A stretch of DNA of 64,000 nt. Origin: Vulcanimicrobiales bacterium. GTDB taxonomy: Bacteria; Vulcanimicrobiota; Vulcanimicrobiia; Vulcanimicrobiales; Vulcanimicrobiaceae. The stretch covers positions 15,946 through 79,945 of the forward strand of contig JBBQQR010000008.1 in NCBI GenBank assembly GCA_038215615.1. Direction: 5' to 3'. This document shows, piece after piece, positions 50,044-61,206 of this stretch; the stretch's first letter is position 1; every line of letters begins with the position of its first letter. A model generated the notes under the pieces. The model was not told where the DNA came from. It did not search any database and was given only the letters and a program-made list of their open reading frames with translations. A program made the position numbers and the translations under genes.

Positions 50044-50550
50044 ATGCCGAAAATCGATCTGGAAAGGCCGCTGAACGAACCCCCCGTTCCCGCGCGCGAA
50101 GCCGCATCGTCCATACTGAGGGACATTGCGGCGAACGCCAACGAGTGGCAAGGTTTTGCGCTGCATCTCAATTTAGGCGAGCTCGGACTGCCCGATGTCG
50201 GTTATGTCGCGATACCGGTTCGCTTGGAGATCGCCGGCGAAGAGTCCGAGCCGCGTCACCAGATGAAAATCACGATTCACGCACGCCGAAGTGCGGAAGT
50301 CTTTCCGGTCTTTCACGGCGCGCTCGGCGTGGACAGTTCGGGGCCCTCCAGCTCTCAAGTGTGGCTTGCGGGCGAGTACGAACTGCCGATGAGCGGGCTA
50401 GGCGCCTTTTTCGATAAAGCCGTCGCGCGCAACGCCGCCGCCAAAACGCTCGAAAATTTTCTGACCGATCTCGCCGAAGCGATCGCCGCGCGCGTTGAAA
50501 AACGGGAACTCGCGCTGGCGCGCTACCGGCTTTTCGGCGCCGGAGATTGA
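50044..50550 (+). CDS. Hypothetical protein (possible START/SRPBCC-like fold)
   Basis: FP.F.G.L strands, GEYELP and C-terminal helix. Confidence 0.6.
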   Translation: MPKIDLERPLNEPPVPAREAASSILRDIAANANEWQGFALHLNLGELGLPDVGYVAIPVRLEIAGEESEPRHQMKITIHARRSAEVFPVFHGALGVDSSGPSSSQVWLAGEYELPMSGLGAFFDKAVARNAAAKTLENFLTDLAEAIAARVEKRELALARYRLFGAGD

Positions 50551-50554
50551 CGGA

Positions 50555-50872
50555 CTAGCCGTCCTTCGTTTGGGTTTCGAGCTTTTCGTACGCTTCTTGC
50601 ATCGTGCGCATGATCTGAGAAAACGTTGTGGCCATCGCGATCGAACCACGCGCGAATTGCGCGACCGATTCGCGTAACTTTCCTCCCAATTCTTCCGAGA
50701 GCGGCACATCGGCGAGTCCGATCAGGTCTTGATACTTACTGCTGGCTACGGACGCGCTCTCGGTTACCCGTTCGACCGTCGCTAAATACTCGATGATTGC
50801 CGACCCCAGTTCGGAAACCGCGGTCCGGCCTTCCAGAATTTGCTGCCGAAGATCCTCGTTTTCGTCCGTCAT
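50555..50872 (-). CDS. Hypothetical helical protein
   Basis: 105-aa amphipathic ORF filling the gap between neighbours. Confidence 0.6.
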   Translation of the reverse strand: MTDENEDLRQQILEGRTAVSELGSAIIEYLATVERVTESASVASSKYQDLIGLADVPLSEELGGKLRESVAQFARGSIAMATTFSQIMRTMQEAYEKLETQTKDG

Positions 50873-50952
50873 CTGCTCGGCCGTTCGCTTCGCCGCAAGG
50901 TTAGCCTTCGTGCAAAGAGGGAACCCTTGCTCCGAAAAGGAGCTCTGAAATT

Positions 50953-51195
50953 ATGGCAGCTCGCAAACGCAAAACAACCCGAAAACCAGTCCGGAAGGCC
51001 GCCCGAAAAACTGCCAAACGCTCGTCCGGCGCGACGGTGCGGCGCGCGCGCAAAACAACGGGCTCGGCCGCCAAGACTGCGTCCAAGACGGCGCGCACGG
51101 TTGCGACCGGTTTGAAAGTCGCAAGTGCGGTGCTCGATGAGAGCGCCAACTTCGTCGACTCTATGGCAGGCGGGAGCAGCCGCAAGCGGCGTTAA
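50953..51195 (+). CDS. Small Lys/Arg-rich basic protein (histone H1-like tail)
   Basis: AAGGAG SD; MAARKRKTTRKPVRKAARKTAKR N-terminus. Confidence 0.7.
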   Translation: MAARKRKTTRKPVRKAARKTAKRSSGATVRRARKTTGSAAKTASKTARTVATGLKVASAVLDESANFVDSMAGGSSRKRR

Positions 51196-52793
51196 GGCGA
51201 GACGAGCGCACTCCAAGAACGCGCTCCGGTTCGAGGCAGCATCCCGGCGTGAACGCGATGGATGCGGCATTCCGTCGTCGCGCCGCTGCGATTGTGAAAA
51301 AACGTCGCAGCGCGCACGATGACGGTGGCGCCGGGTGCAAGATCCAGCGTCAGCGGTTTCGCGTACGCCGGCGCCCTCGAGCTTGGAAGCGTGCCGGTAA
51401 GCGTATAGCGCACGATTCCCGCAATTGGCGAGGAGAGACGCACGGTCAGGGTCGCTGCGTCCGTCCATGCATCGACACTTTGGACTTGCCCCCGCACGGA
51501 TGTGAAGACGACACGGCCTCCGGTGGCGTCGATCGCGGCGTTCGGAACGCGGAACGGATAACCGCGCGCGTCAAGCCACGCGAACTGAGCCGGCAAGCGC
51601 TGCACGAATCCGAGCCAACTTTTATTTTCATGCGGCGTCCAAAGGATCTCGGCCAGCGCGAGCTCGCGCGGCAAGAGCATGTAGAACAGCTGCGCCGGCG
51701 TGCGAATCCGCTCGGTCCATAGCGCGGCTTCGCCGCCCAACACATGCGACCGCTGTCCGGGCGTTAGTCCCTCCGGCATGACGCTCCAGGAATAGACCTC
51801 AGCCAGCGTACTCATGTGCACCGTCGCGCGCGGCTCCTGCGCCGCATCGCCTTGCGCGGCATCGAAATAGAGCGGCCACCCGGTGACGACGGTATCGTTT
51901 CCGCGCCGCGCAGCTTCGGCCGCGCTCCGCATCGAGTTCCACGCCATGACGACCGCGCTTTTCGAAAGACGCGGGCTCAAAATCTCGCTCCAGCCCACCA
52001 TTCTGCGGTTGTGCGCGCGCACGTACGCCTCGACGGGCGCAAAGAACGCTGGCTCGTTGAACGTTCGCGGCACTTCGTCGCCGCCGGCGTGCACGTATTC
52101 GCCCGGAAACAGCGTGAAGACGTGATTCAACGCGGCCTCAAGAAATGCGAACGTGCCCGGTGTCGCGCACAAGAGGTCGCTTCTCCCGCAGCCGTACGCC
52201 GGATAAGCAGCTATTGCAGCTGCCGAATGCGCGGGCATCTCGACCTCGGGCAGCACGGTGACGTAGCGCTGCGCCGCATAACGAACGACTTCGCGCACCT
52301 GCGCGTCGCTGTACGAGTAACCGCGCGCGGTCAAGGCCGGATAGCCCGGAAGCGGCAGACGCCAGGCCTGGTCGTCGGCGAGGTGCCAATGAAACACGTT
52401 GAGCTTGTAGTGCGCCGCAACGTCGACGTACCGCTCGACCGTGCGCACGTCGAAGAAATGCCGAGCGGCGTCGAGATGCACGCCTCGCCACAGGAAAAGC
52501 GGCACATCGCGGATTTGCACCGTATGCGCAGTCGCGCCGCTTCGCGGATCGAGCTGCGCGAATGTCTGCATGGCATAGAAGAGCCCGGCATGCGTGTTGG
52601 CCCACGCTTCCGCGCGCTGCGGCGTTACCGACAACGCGTAGCCCTCGTCGCCGAGCGCGGAATCGCGGTGCCGGTAAATGTGTGTGGCAAGCCGTGGCGT
52701 CTGCAGCCACATGAACGCATCACTTCCCACTCGCACCGATCGCGGCCATGGTACGATCGACGGCATCGCTGCGAGGAGCAACGCCGCGATCAT
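51192..52793 (-). CDS. Beta-N-acetylhexosaminidase, GH20, with C-terminal chitobiase/FN3-like domain
   Basis: WRG.HLD.ARHFF, HWHLADDQAW, PEVEMPAH, HAGGDEV, GGEAALWTE, RYTL.GT.P. Confidence 0.92.
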   Translation of the reverse strand: MIAALLLAAMPSIVPWPRSVRVGSDAFMWLQTPRLATHIYRHRDSALGDEGYALSVTPQRAEAWANTHAGLFYAMQTFAQLDPRSGATAHTVQIRDVPLFLWRGVHLDAARHFFDVRTVERYVDVAAHYKLNVFHWHLADDQAWRLPLPGYPALTARGYSYSDAQVREVVRYAAQRYVTVLPEVEMPAHSAAAIAAYPAYGCGRSDLLCATPGTFAFLEAALNHVFTLFPGEYVHAGGDEVPRTFNEPAFFAPVEAYVRAHNRRMVGWSEILSPRLSKSAVVMAWNSMRSAAEAARRGNDTVVTGWPLYFDAAQGDAAQEPRATVHMSTLAEVYSWSVMPEGLTPGQRSHVLGGEAALWTERIRTPAQLFYMLLPRELALAEILWTPHENKSWLGFVQRLPAQFAWLDARGYPFRVPNAAIDATGGRVVFTSVRGQVQSVDAWTDAATLTVRLSSPIAGIVRYTLTGTLPSSRAPAYAKPLTLDLAPGATVIVRAATFFHNRSGATTECRIHRVHAGMLPRTGARSWSALVSP

Positions 52794-54826
52794 TTCAACT
52801 TCTGCAGCAGCCAGTTTGCCGAGGTATCGTACAGACGCAGTACGTCTGCGTAACGCAGATTTTCGTGCGTCTCATTGGGGAACACCATTTCGACGACTTC
52901 GACGCCCTTGGCGCGCAGCCGCGTCGCGAGATCCACACCTTGTGAAAACTCGACGTTGCGATCGTCGTCGCCCTGGCTCATAAAGACCGGCGAACGCCAC
53001 GTGTCGATCGCCGAAATGGGCGAGGAATCCACGGCGATTTTACGTTCGGCCGCCGTTCCGACGCCGCGGCCATAATCCGCATCGCGCGTCGTGGCCCAGT
53101 TGTGCACGCCGGCCATGTCGACGCCGGCTTTGAAAATGTTGGAATTGCGCGCCAAACCGAGCGCGGTCAGATAGCCGCCGTACGAGAGCCCGTAAATGCC
53201 GATGTGCGCCGGATCGACGTCGGAGCGGCTCTGCAAATAACTCGCTCCGGCGAGGACATCCTGGTATTCGCTTCCACCTTCCGCCCCGTAATTTTTTGCT
53301 TCGCGGAAATCGTGACCATACATGATGCCGCTGCGGTAGTTGATCGAGAGAACGACGCATCCATGGTTGGCGTAATACTGATTCGACTCGTAAAGATCGG
53401 TATAGAACTCGAGGTAATGAAACCCCGGAAGCATTTGGCGGCGCGATCCGCCATGATCGAAAATGATCGCGCAGTGCCGGCCGGCGCCGTCCCGGGGAAC
53501 GAAAAACTGCGCGTGAATCAATAGACCATCCGGCGCATGAAACGTCACGAGTTGCGGCTCGACGAGATCGCCGGCCGGAAACTCCGAAGGCATGGCCGGT
53601 CCTCCGATTGCCATCGCCTGCGCTCCATGCAGAGCGTAGACAGCCGGCGGAATCTTGTAGCCCGCATCCACGTAGGCCACAACGCCGGAAACTAAAGCCA
53701 CCGGACTCCACTGACTATCCGGGCCATTGGTTAATTGCGACGGCGGTCCGCCTTGGAATCGCGTACTCCAAATGTGGCGACGGTCGATGTCGCTTTGATT
53801 GCTCGAAAATACGAGCTGCGAATGGTCGGGCGAAACGGTGACATTCTCCACTTCGAAGTCTCCCGGCGTCAATAGTCCGGCCGCTCCGCCTTGGGAAGAA
53901 AGCGAATACAGGTGACGCCAGCCATCTTTCTCCCAAGGAAAAGCGACTCGTCCGTCGCCAGACCAAAATAATTGGGCGGCGCTGTCCGTTCCATAAAAGT
54001 CGCTGCCCATTCCGCGATCGGCTTGCCAAATTTGGCGCCCGTTGTTGCCGTCGGCATCGGCGGTCCAGATCGACCACGGCTCGTTTATATAATGTACGTA
54101 AGGATCTTGGTTTTCAAGGGTGCCCGGCGTGCGGACGAACGCGATCCGCTTTCCGTCGGCGGACCACGCCGGCGCAAAATCGCTCGCGAAATACGGCGCG
54201 GCATAAGACAGCCGCGCAGTCGTGATATTATAAATCGCGACGAACCCATGATCGCCACGCGAATCTGTAAACGCCAGGCGCGATCCGTCCGGGGAAAAGA
54301 CCGGATCTGAAAGCGAGCCCCGGATCGAAAAAAGTCGCGCCGGCTTTCCGGCGCGCGGAAGGTCGCTACGGGTATTGAGCTCTGCTGAAAACGGTTGGCC
54401 ATGCAGCAGCCAGACAACGCGATCGCCCTTCGGAGAAACGACCGGAGCATAGCCTTCCCCGATGCGAAATGGCTGCGAACCGGACACGGAAACGATCCAG
54501 ATCGTTTGCTTCGGCGGCACGGGCAGTGAAAGCGGATTCGGATACTCGCTGCGCCGGTTGGCGCCTTCGCCGCGCACATAGACAATGGCGCGGCTGCCTG
54601 GAACGATCGCGAGCGATCCGATCACTTGCCCGTCGTCGCTCGAGTAGGCCGTGATGCGCCTCGCGCCCGTCGTTCCGCCGGCAAAGTAGACGTTGTGCAG
54701 ACCGCGCTCGTTCGCGGTAAATGCGATCGAATGACCATCGGGCGAAGCCGTGAGATCATCCACGAATGGGGCCGAGAGCACCTGTGACATCGTAAAGAGT
54801 GACGCGGCGAGTACTACGTGCAACAT
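52790..54826 (-). CDS. S9-family peptidase (beta-propeller plus alpha/beta hydrolase)
   Basis: PD40-like SPDG repeats, HGG, GLSYGG nucleophile motif, GDDDRNV and ETH. Confidence 0.92.
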   Translation of the reverse strand: MLHVVLAASLFTMSQVLSAPFVDDLTASPDGHSIAFTANERGLHNVYFAGGTTGARRITAYSSDDGQVIGSLAIVPGSRAIVYVRGEGANRRSEYPNPLSLPVPPKQTIWIVSVSGSQPFRIGEGYAPVVSPKGDRVVWLLHGQPFSAELNTRSDLPRAGKPARLFSIRGSLSDPVFSPDGSRLAFTDSRGDHGFVAIYNITTARLSYAAPYFASDFAPAWSADGKRIAFVRTPGTLENQDPYVHYINEPWSIWTADADGNNGRQIWQADRGMGSDFYGTDSAAQLFWSGDGRVAFPWEKDGWRHLYSLSSQGGAAGLLTPGDFEVENVTVSPDHSQLVFSSNQSDIDRRHIWSTRFQGGPPSQLTNGPDSQWSPVALVSGVVAYVDAGYKIPPAVYALHGAQAMAIGGPAMPSEFPAGDLVEPQLVTFHAPDGLLIHAQFFVPRDGAGRHCAIIFDHGGSRRQMLPGFHYLEFYTDLYESNQYYANHGCVVLSINYRSGIMYGHDFREAKNYGAEGGSEYQDVLAGASYLQSRSDVDPAHIGIYGLSYGGYLTALGLARNSNIFKAGVDMAGVHNWATTRDADYGRGVGTAAERKIAVDSSPISAIDTWRSPVFMSQGDDDRNVEFSQGVDLATRLRAKGVEVVEMVFPNETHENLRYADVLRLYDTSANWLLQKLK

Positions 54827-54910
54827 CGAGGCGCATGATTCGCCCGGCGGCAGGAGCGCCCTCCGGCGGGGGGCTCAGCAAGCCGCCGTTTCTGCCGACA
54901 CCAAAAAAAG

Positions 54911-56119
54911 ATGGATCGAGAACAGTCCGGCCTGCTTGGCCGCGTCGCGTATCTGGATGGCCTCCGCGCCGTAGCGGTGTTGCTGGTCCTGGCAGATCAT
55001 GCCGTCGGCCGCACGACCCTCGCGACCGCGGGGTGGACCGCTGGTGCCCACGCTCTGCGTGAAGGCGCGCACGGCGTCGATCTCTTTTTCGTCCTCTCGG
55101 GCTTCTGTCTGTCGTATCCGCTTTTGCACCGTCTGCGCCAGGACGGCATCGGCGCATTCGAGTTGCCACGTTACGCCGCCAAACGCATCGTGCGCATCGT
55201 GCCGCCGTATTACGTGGCGCTCGTTGTCTTCTTGATCGCCGCCGTCGCGCTGACGTCTGCGCACATTCCGCTGCCCGGCGGCATGGCGACGCTTCCGCTC
55301 AGCGGGTGGGACGTCTTAAAGCAAGCGCTGTTCTTGGATTGGCACACCAACTTTTTGAACGCGTCGTTTTGGACGCTGGCCGTCGAGTTTCGGTGGTACT
55401 TCATCTTTCCGCTCGCCCTGCTGCTGTGGATTCGCGCGCCGCGCGTTTTTCTCGCACTTGCGGCGGGATCGTCAATTCTGTACGCCTTCACGCGCGTGCA
55501 CGAGCCCGACGTCGGCGTTCTGCTGCCGTTCCTTTTGGGAATCGTGGCGGCCGACTTTTACGCGCGCGGACGAAAACTCGAACGCGGCTTTTGGCTGCTG
55601 ATTCCCGCCTTCATTATCGTCGGCGTACTGGCCGAGCCGCTGGTATGGATGCCCAGCCCCTACGGCATCGAGAACGCGACCTTCGTGCAGACCAATCCGG
55701 CTTGGCAGATCGCGATGTTTGCCTTCGTCGTCCTGGCCGGAAATAGCGGTTGGCTGCGCAACGCGCTTTCGGTGCGGCCGTTAGTTGCGATCGGCACCGC
55801 GTCGTACAGCATTTACCTCGTGCACGAACCGGTCGCGTCGTTCTTTCAAGAACATGTCTTGTGGCCGGGGCCGGGGCGGCTGATCGGCGCCTACGGAACG
55901 GCCGTTATAGCGGGCTTGCTCTTCTGGTATGTCTTCGAACGCGTGTGGATGTACGGCGCCGTCAAAGCGCGCGCGATCGGCACGCTGACTCCGCGTATCG
56001 CTTCGGGAATGCGGTGGCTCGGGATTCCCCCAGCGCTGAAGTTCGGCTACGGCTTGGGTGCGCTGAAAACGGTACGGCCGGCCGGAGCAGAGCTGCCCGG
56101 CCGGCCCGTTAACTCCTAG
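54911..56119 (+). CDS. Acyltransferase family 3 (OafA-like)
   Basis: LDGLRAVA, GVDLFFVLSGF, WTLAVEF and SYSIYLVH motifs. Confidence 0.92.
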   Translation: MDREQSGLLGRVAYLDGLRAVAVLLVLADHAVGRTTLATAGWTAGAHALREGAHGVDLFFVLSGFCLSYPLLHRLRQDGIGAFELPRYAAKRIVRIVPPYYVALVVFLIAAVALTSAHIPLPGGMATLPLSGWDVLKQALFLDWHTNFLNASFWTLAVEFRWYFIFPLALLLWIRAPRVFLALAAGSSILYAFTRVHEPDVGVLLPFLLGIVAADFYARGRKLERGFWLLIPAFIIVGVLAEPLVWMPSPYGIENATFVQTNPAWQIAMFAFVVLAGNSGWLRNALSVRPLVAIGTASYSIYLVHEPVASFFQEHVLWPGPGRLIGAYGTAVIAGLLFWYVFERVWMYGAVKARAIGTLTPRIASGMRWLGIPPALKFGYGLGALKTVRPAGAELPGRPVNS

Positions 56120-56132
56120 AGTATCGCGCTAC

Positions 56133-56609
56133 TTAGGGCTGCATTGCCGCACGCAGCGCGTCCGGCGAGGCGGAGAGTTGCAACAGAATTCGTCCAGCAT
56201 CGGGCGCACGGCGCTGTCCGCCCCCAGGCGGTCCACCTCCGGGCGGGCCCGCGGGGCGCGGCGGCGGTGACGCGCCGTTGTGCGCGGCCGCGTACAACGC
56301 AAACATCCCATCCCGCATCGTCTGGCCGGCGGCGAGAACCGCTTTATCTTCGTCGGGCGTCAGGACGGCATCGATTTGCGCGATCGCGTCGGGAATCGAC
56401 ACGGATCCGCTATTGAACGTGGTGACGATGGCTTGCACTTTGGTGGCGTGATCCGCACTCAGGGCCTTGAAACTCGTGGCTCTTGCCGTGTCGCGGAGCT
56501 TTTGCACCTGAGCCATTTGGTCCGGCGTCATGCCCGGGAAGCCTTGAGCCGCAGCCGCAACGGGCGCCGCGAAAAGCGCCAAAGAAAGGGCGAAAAGAAT
56601 AATACGCAT
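56133..56609 (-). CDS. Secreted helical hypothetical protein with Pro/Gly-rich segment
   Basis: Signal peptide; MTPDQ and LTPDE repeats reminiscent of Spy/LTXXQ-type proteins. Confidence 0.65.
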   Translation of the reverse strand: MRIILFALSLALFAAPVAAAAQGFPGMTPDQMAQVQKLRDTARATSFKALSADHATKVQAIVTTFNSGSVSIPDAIAQIDAVLTPDEDKAVLAAGQTMRDGMFALYAAAHNGASPPPRPAGPPGGGPPGGGQRRAPDAGRILLQLSASPDALRAAMQP

Positions 56610-56688
56610 TCTATCAAGCTACAGGGGCTGGCTGAGAAATCCCTTGGGTTGCAGCTCGTTTAGTCCTGCGAGCGTGCGGGCGCTTCGG

Positions 56689-57800
56689 CTAAGCCGGCGG
56701 AACTACGCCGGTTAGGGAGCCCGGTGCGACGACAACCGCACCACTCGCCGAACTCTTTGCCGCAATTGCCGCTGTAATATCGGGCTGCTTGCCGTCGTGT
56801 TCTTCCACCCAGTGGCATGCTGCGAAGTGTCCGGGGCGATATTCGTTAAACGCCGGCACTTCGGTCTTGCAGCGCTCGAATGCGATCGGGCAGCGCGTAT
56901 GAAAGCGGCAGCCTGAGGGCGGATTGACGGGCGACGGAATGTCGCCCGTCAGAACGATGCGTTTGCGCCGCTGCTCGACGTGCGGATCGGGAATCGGAAT
57001 AGCCGAGAGCAGCGAAATCGTGTACGGGTGAAGCGGCTCTTCATAGAGCGCGTCGCGCGGTGCCATCTCCATCAACTTTCCGACATACATAACCGCTACC
57101 CGCGTCGAGATGTGCCGCACGACCGACAGATCGTGTGCGATAAAAAGATACGTCAGGCCGAGCTTCGCCTGCAGATCTTCGAGCAGGTTGATCACCTGCG
57201 CTTGAATAGAAACATCGAGCGCGGAAACCGGCTCGTCGCAGACGATGAACTTGGGGTCGACCGCGAGCGCGCGCGCAATGCCGATGCGCTGACGCTGGCC
57301 ACCGGAAAACTCGTGCGGGTAGCGGTTCGAGTGGTACGGCTGCAGGCCGACCAGGCGCAGCAGCTCTTGCACGCGCTCGTCCACTTCTTTCCCGGCGGCC
57401 AAATGATGGATCTTCAGCGGCTCGGCGACGATGTCGCCGACAGTCATGCGTGGATTGAGCGACGCGAACGGATCTTGGAAGATGATCTGCATCTCGCGGC
57501 GCAGCCGGCGGATGTCGCCGCGCGAGAGCTCGAGAATCGGCTGCCCGTCGAAACACACTTCGCCTTTGGTGGCCGGCAGCAGACGCAAGATGACTCGGCC
57601 GACGGTTGTTTTCCCGGAACCCGATTCGCCGACGAGCCCTAGCGTTTCACCGCGCGCGATCGTGAAATCGACGCCGTCGACCGCCTTGACGTCGCCGACG
57701 TGGCGCGACATCAGCCCCGCATGGATCGGAAAATACTTGTAGAGACCGGTAACCTCAAGCAGGTTATCAGTTTTGACTTCCGTCGCGCTTTCTTGAGCGC

Positions 57801-57804
<4 letters not shown>
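56689..57804 (-). CDS. oppF: Oligopeptide/dipeptide ABC transporter ATP-binding protein
   Basis: [34 protein letters not shown] and [11 protein letters not shown] motifs. Confidence 0.93.
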
Positions 57805-58841
<1,037 letters not shown>

Positions 58842-58846
58842 GGCGG

Positions 58847-59218
58847 CTATATTCCGGTCAGCGACAGAATTGTGCCGAGCACAACGAACATGACCGCGAA
58901 GACGCCGGTGATGCGCTTGAGCTGTTCTTCAGCGCCCATGCGGCTGTATGCGGACTCGACACGCCCTCCGATCGTTCCCGAGAGCCCTTCCTGCTTCGTT
59001 GTTTGAATCGCGAGCATAACGACGAGCCCGACCGCCGCGATAATGAAGAGACCGGCCAGTCCGTGCGTCAGCCAGCTCGCATGAAGCTGAAACCACGTTT
59101 CCGCCGGCGGCGCGGGAATCCCTTGCGGCGCCGGTTGAGGCTGCTGGATCTGCAGCGGATTCGCCGTCGGTAGGACGGCGGGTTTTGCGGCCGCCGCTGC
59201 GGCAAGAAGCCAAATCAT
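58847..59218 (-). CDS. secG: Preprotein translocase subunit SecG with N-terminal extension
   Basis: TM1, Q..K.EGLSG.IGG loop, then LKRIT and TM2 in the C-terminal ~75 aa. Confidence 0.85.
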   Translation of the reverse strand: MIWLLAAAAAAKPAVLPTANPLQIQQPQPAPQGIPAPPAETWFQLHASWLTHGLAGLFIIAAVGLVVMLAIQTTKQEGLSGTIGGRVESAYSRMGAEEQLKRITGVFAVMFVVLGTILSLTGI

Positions 59219-61122
59219 ACGGGTTCCTCGATCAGTTCGCGGTTGCGCTGTGGCGCGGATTCAGATGCGCGACGAACGCGGGCCGCTACTTCTTCTGCCG
59301 TAAGTCCGAACAGTGCGCGCTGTTTGGGCTGTGAATCGTGCTGTACGAGCACGTTAGGAATGCCGATGCGCTCGACAGTAACTTTCAACGCGCTGTCCGC
59401 GACGAACTCCACGACCGCCGAGCCGAATCCGCCGGCGAGAGAATGCTCTTCGAGCGTAATGAAGTGCGAGTGGTTTGCCGCCAGCTCCAACAGCAGCGCT
59501 TCGTCGAGCGGCTTTACGAAACGCATGTTGACGACGGTTGCCGCGGGAATGAGATCGTAGGCATCGAGCGCGATGTCGACGGTGTTTCCGTAGGCAAGAA
59601 TCGCTACCCCGGACGCCCTGCGCAAGACTTCGCCGCGTCCATGCACGATCGGCGCGACCGGGTCGCGGTGCTTTCCGCTGGTCGAACCGCGCGGGTAGCG
59701 GATCGCCGCCGGACCGTCGAGGGAGAGCGCGTGTTGGAGCATCGGAAAGAGCTCTGCTTCGTTCCGCGGAGCCATGCACGTCATGTTGGGCAGCGTGCGC
59801 ATGTAGGCGATGTCGTACAGGCCCATATGCGTCGGCCCGTCGTCCCCTACGACGCCCGCGCGATCCATGCAAAACACCACGGGCAGATTCTGAACGCAGA
59901 CGTCGTGCACGACTTGATCGTACGCGCGCTGCAAGAACGTCGAGTAGATCGCGCAGACCGGCTTCAAACCGTTGGTTGCTGCGCCGGCCGCAAAGCAGAC
60001 AGCGTGCGCCTCGGCGATCCCGACGTCGAAATACCGGTCGGGAAAAGCTTTGGCAAATTTTGAAAGCCCGGTTCCGTCGGGCATCGCTGCCGTTATGCCG
60101 ATAATGCGCGAATCTTTTTCCGCCAGCGCGATCATCGCGTCGGCGAACACGTCCTGGAATTTAGGAGCCGCAGGCGCCGCGGCTTTCTTGCTGCCGTTGC
60201 GCGGTTCGAACGCATTGGCTCCGATACCGTGGAACGTGCGCGAGTCGCGCTCCGCCGGTTCGTATCCCTTGCCTTTAACCGTGCGCACGTGCAGCAGCAC
60301 GGCGCGCGGAATAGCCTTGGCCGTTTCGAGGGCGTCAACCAGCGCGTCGTAGTTATGGCCGTCAATCGCGCCGATATAGCGAAAACCGAGTTCTTCGAAA
60401 ATCACCGCAGCTTTTTCGGACGGTGCGATAAAACGCATCGCGCCAAGCTCGGCCGACTCGAAAGCTTTCTTGGCCATGCCGCCCAGCGGCAAGTGGTCTA
60501 GCACATGCTTTCCGGTCGCACGCACTTGGTTGGCGAACGGCTTGCTGCGCAACAGGGAGAGATATGACGCCATCGACCCAACGTTGGGCGCAATCGACAT
60601 CTCGTTGTCGTTGAGGATGACGATAAAATTCGTGCGGAGCTGACCCGCGTTGTTGAGCGCTTCGTAAGCGAGACCGCCCGTCAGGGCTCCGTCACCGATG
60701 ACTGCGACGATCGTTTCGTTGCCGCCCGTGAGATCGCGCGCTTGCGCCATCCCGAGCGCGGCCGACACACCCGTACTCGCGTGTCCGGCGCCGAAGCAAT
60801 CATATTCCGACTCGCTGCGCATCGCGAAACCGGAGATGCCGCCGCCTTTGCGCAGCGTCGCGAAACGGTCGCGCCGTCCGGTCAAGAGCTTGTGCACGTA
60901 GGTTTGGTGGCTCACGTCCCACACGATGCGATCTTTAGGAAGATCGAGCGTGCGGTGCAACGCGAGGGTCAGTTCGACCACGCCGAGATTGGGAGCCAAA
61001 TGGCCGCCGTTTTGCGCGCAGACTTCAACCAGTTGCTCGCGGATCTCACGAGCCAGCAGGTCGATCTCCGGGCGGGACAGGGCTTTGACGTCGGCGGGCG
61101 TGTCGATCCGCTCTAGCACCAT
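59215..61122 (-). CDS. dxs: 1-deoxy-D-xylulose-5-phosphate synthase
   Basis: GGHLAPNLG, GHASTG, GDGALTGG, NDNEMSI, YSTFLQRAYDQ and DGPTH motifs. Confidence 0.97.
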   Translation of the reverse strand: MVLERIDTPADVKALSRPEIDLLAREIREQLVEVCAQNGGHLAPNLGVVELTLALHRTLDLPKDRIVWDVSHQTYVHKLLTGRRDRFATLRKGGGISGFAMRSESEYDCFGAGHASTGVSAALGMAQARDLTGGNETIVAVIGDGALTGGLAYEALNNAGQLRTNFIVILNDNEMSIAPNVGSMASYLSLLRSKPFANQVRATGKHVLDHLPLGGMAKKAFESAELGAMRFIAPSEKAAVIFEELGFRYIGAIDGHNYDALVDALETAKAIPRAVLLHVRTVKGKGYEPAERDSRTFHGIGANAFEPRNGSKKAAAPAAPKFQDVFADAMIALAEKDSRIIGITAAMPDGTGLSKFAKAFPDRYFDVGIAEAHAVCFAAGAATNGLKPVCAIYSTFLQRAYDQVVHDVCVQNLPVVFCMDRAGVVGDDGPTHMGLYDIAYMRTLPNMTCMAPRNEAELFPMLQHALSLDGPAAIRYPRGSTSGKHRDPVAPIVHGRGEVLRRASGVAILAYGNTVDIALDAYDLIPAATVVNMRFVKPLDEALLLELAANHSHFITLEEHSLAGGFGSAVVEFVADSALKVTVERIGIPNVLVQHDSQPKQRALFGLTAEEVAARVRRASESAPQRNRELIEEPV

Positions 61123-61206
61123 GAAGGGCCTCCGTTTCGACAGGCTCCTGGGCGGAGCCCCTCACTGCGGCAGGAGCGAGGCAGGCAGGCCAGCCTAGTA
61201 TGGATC

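Noticed and set aside
61136..61147. TTCGACAGGCTC upstream of dxs, matching the repeat core in reverse
   Set aside because: Only the 12-bp core is present with no paired flanking stem; it could be a decayed copy or chance, so it is not called.
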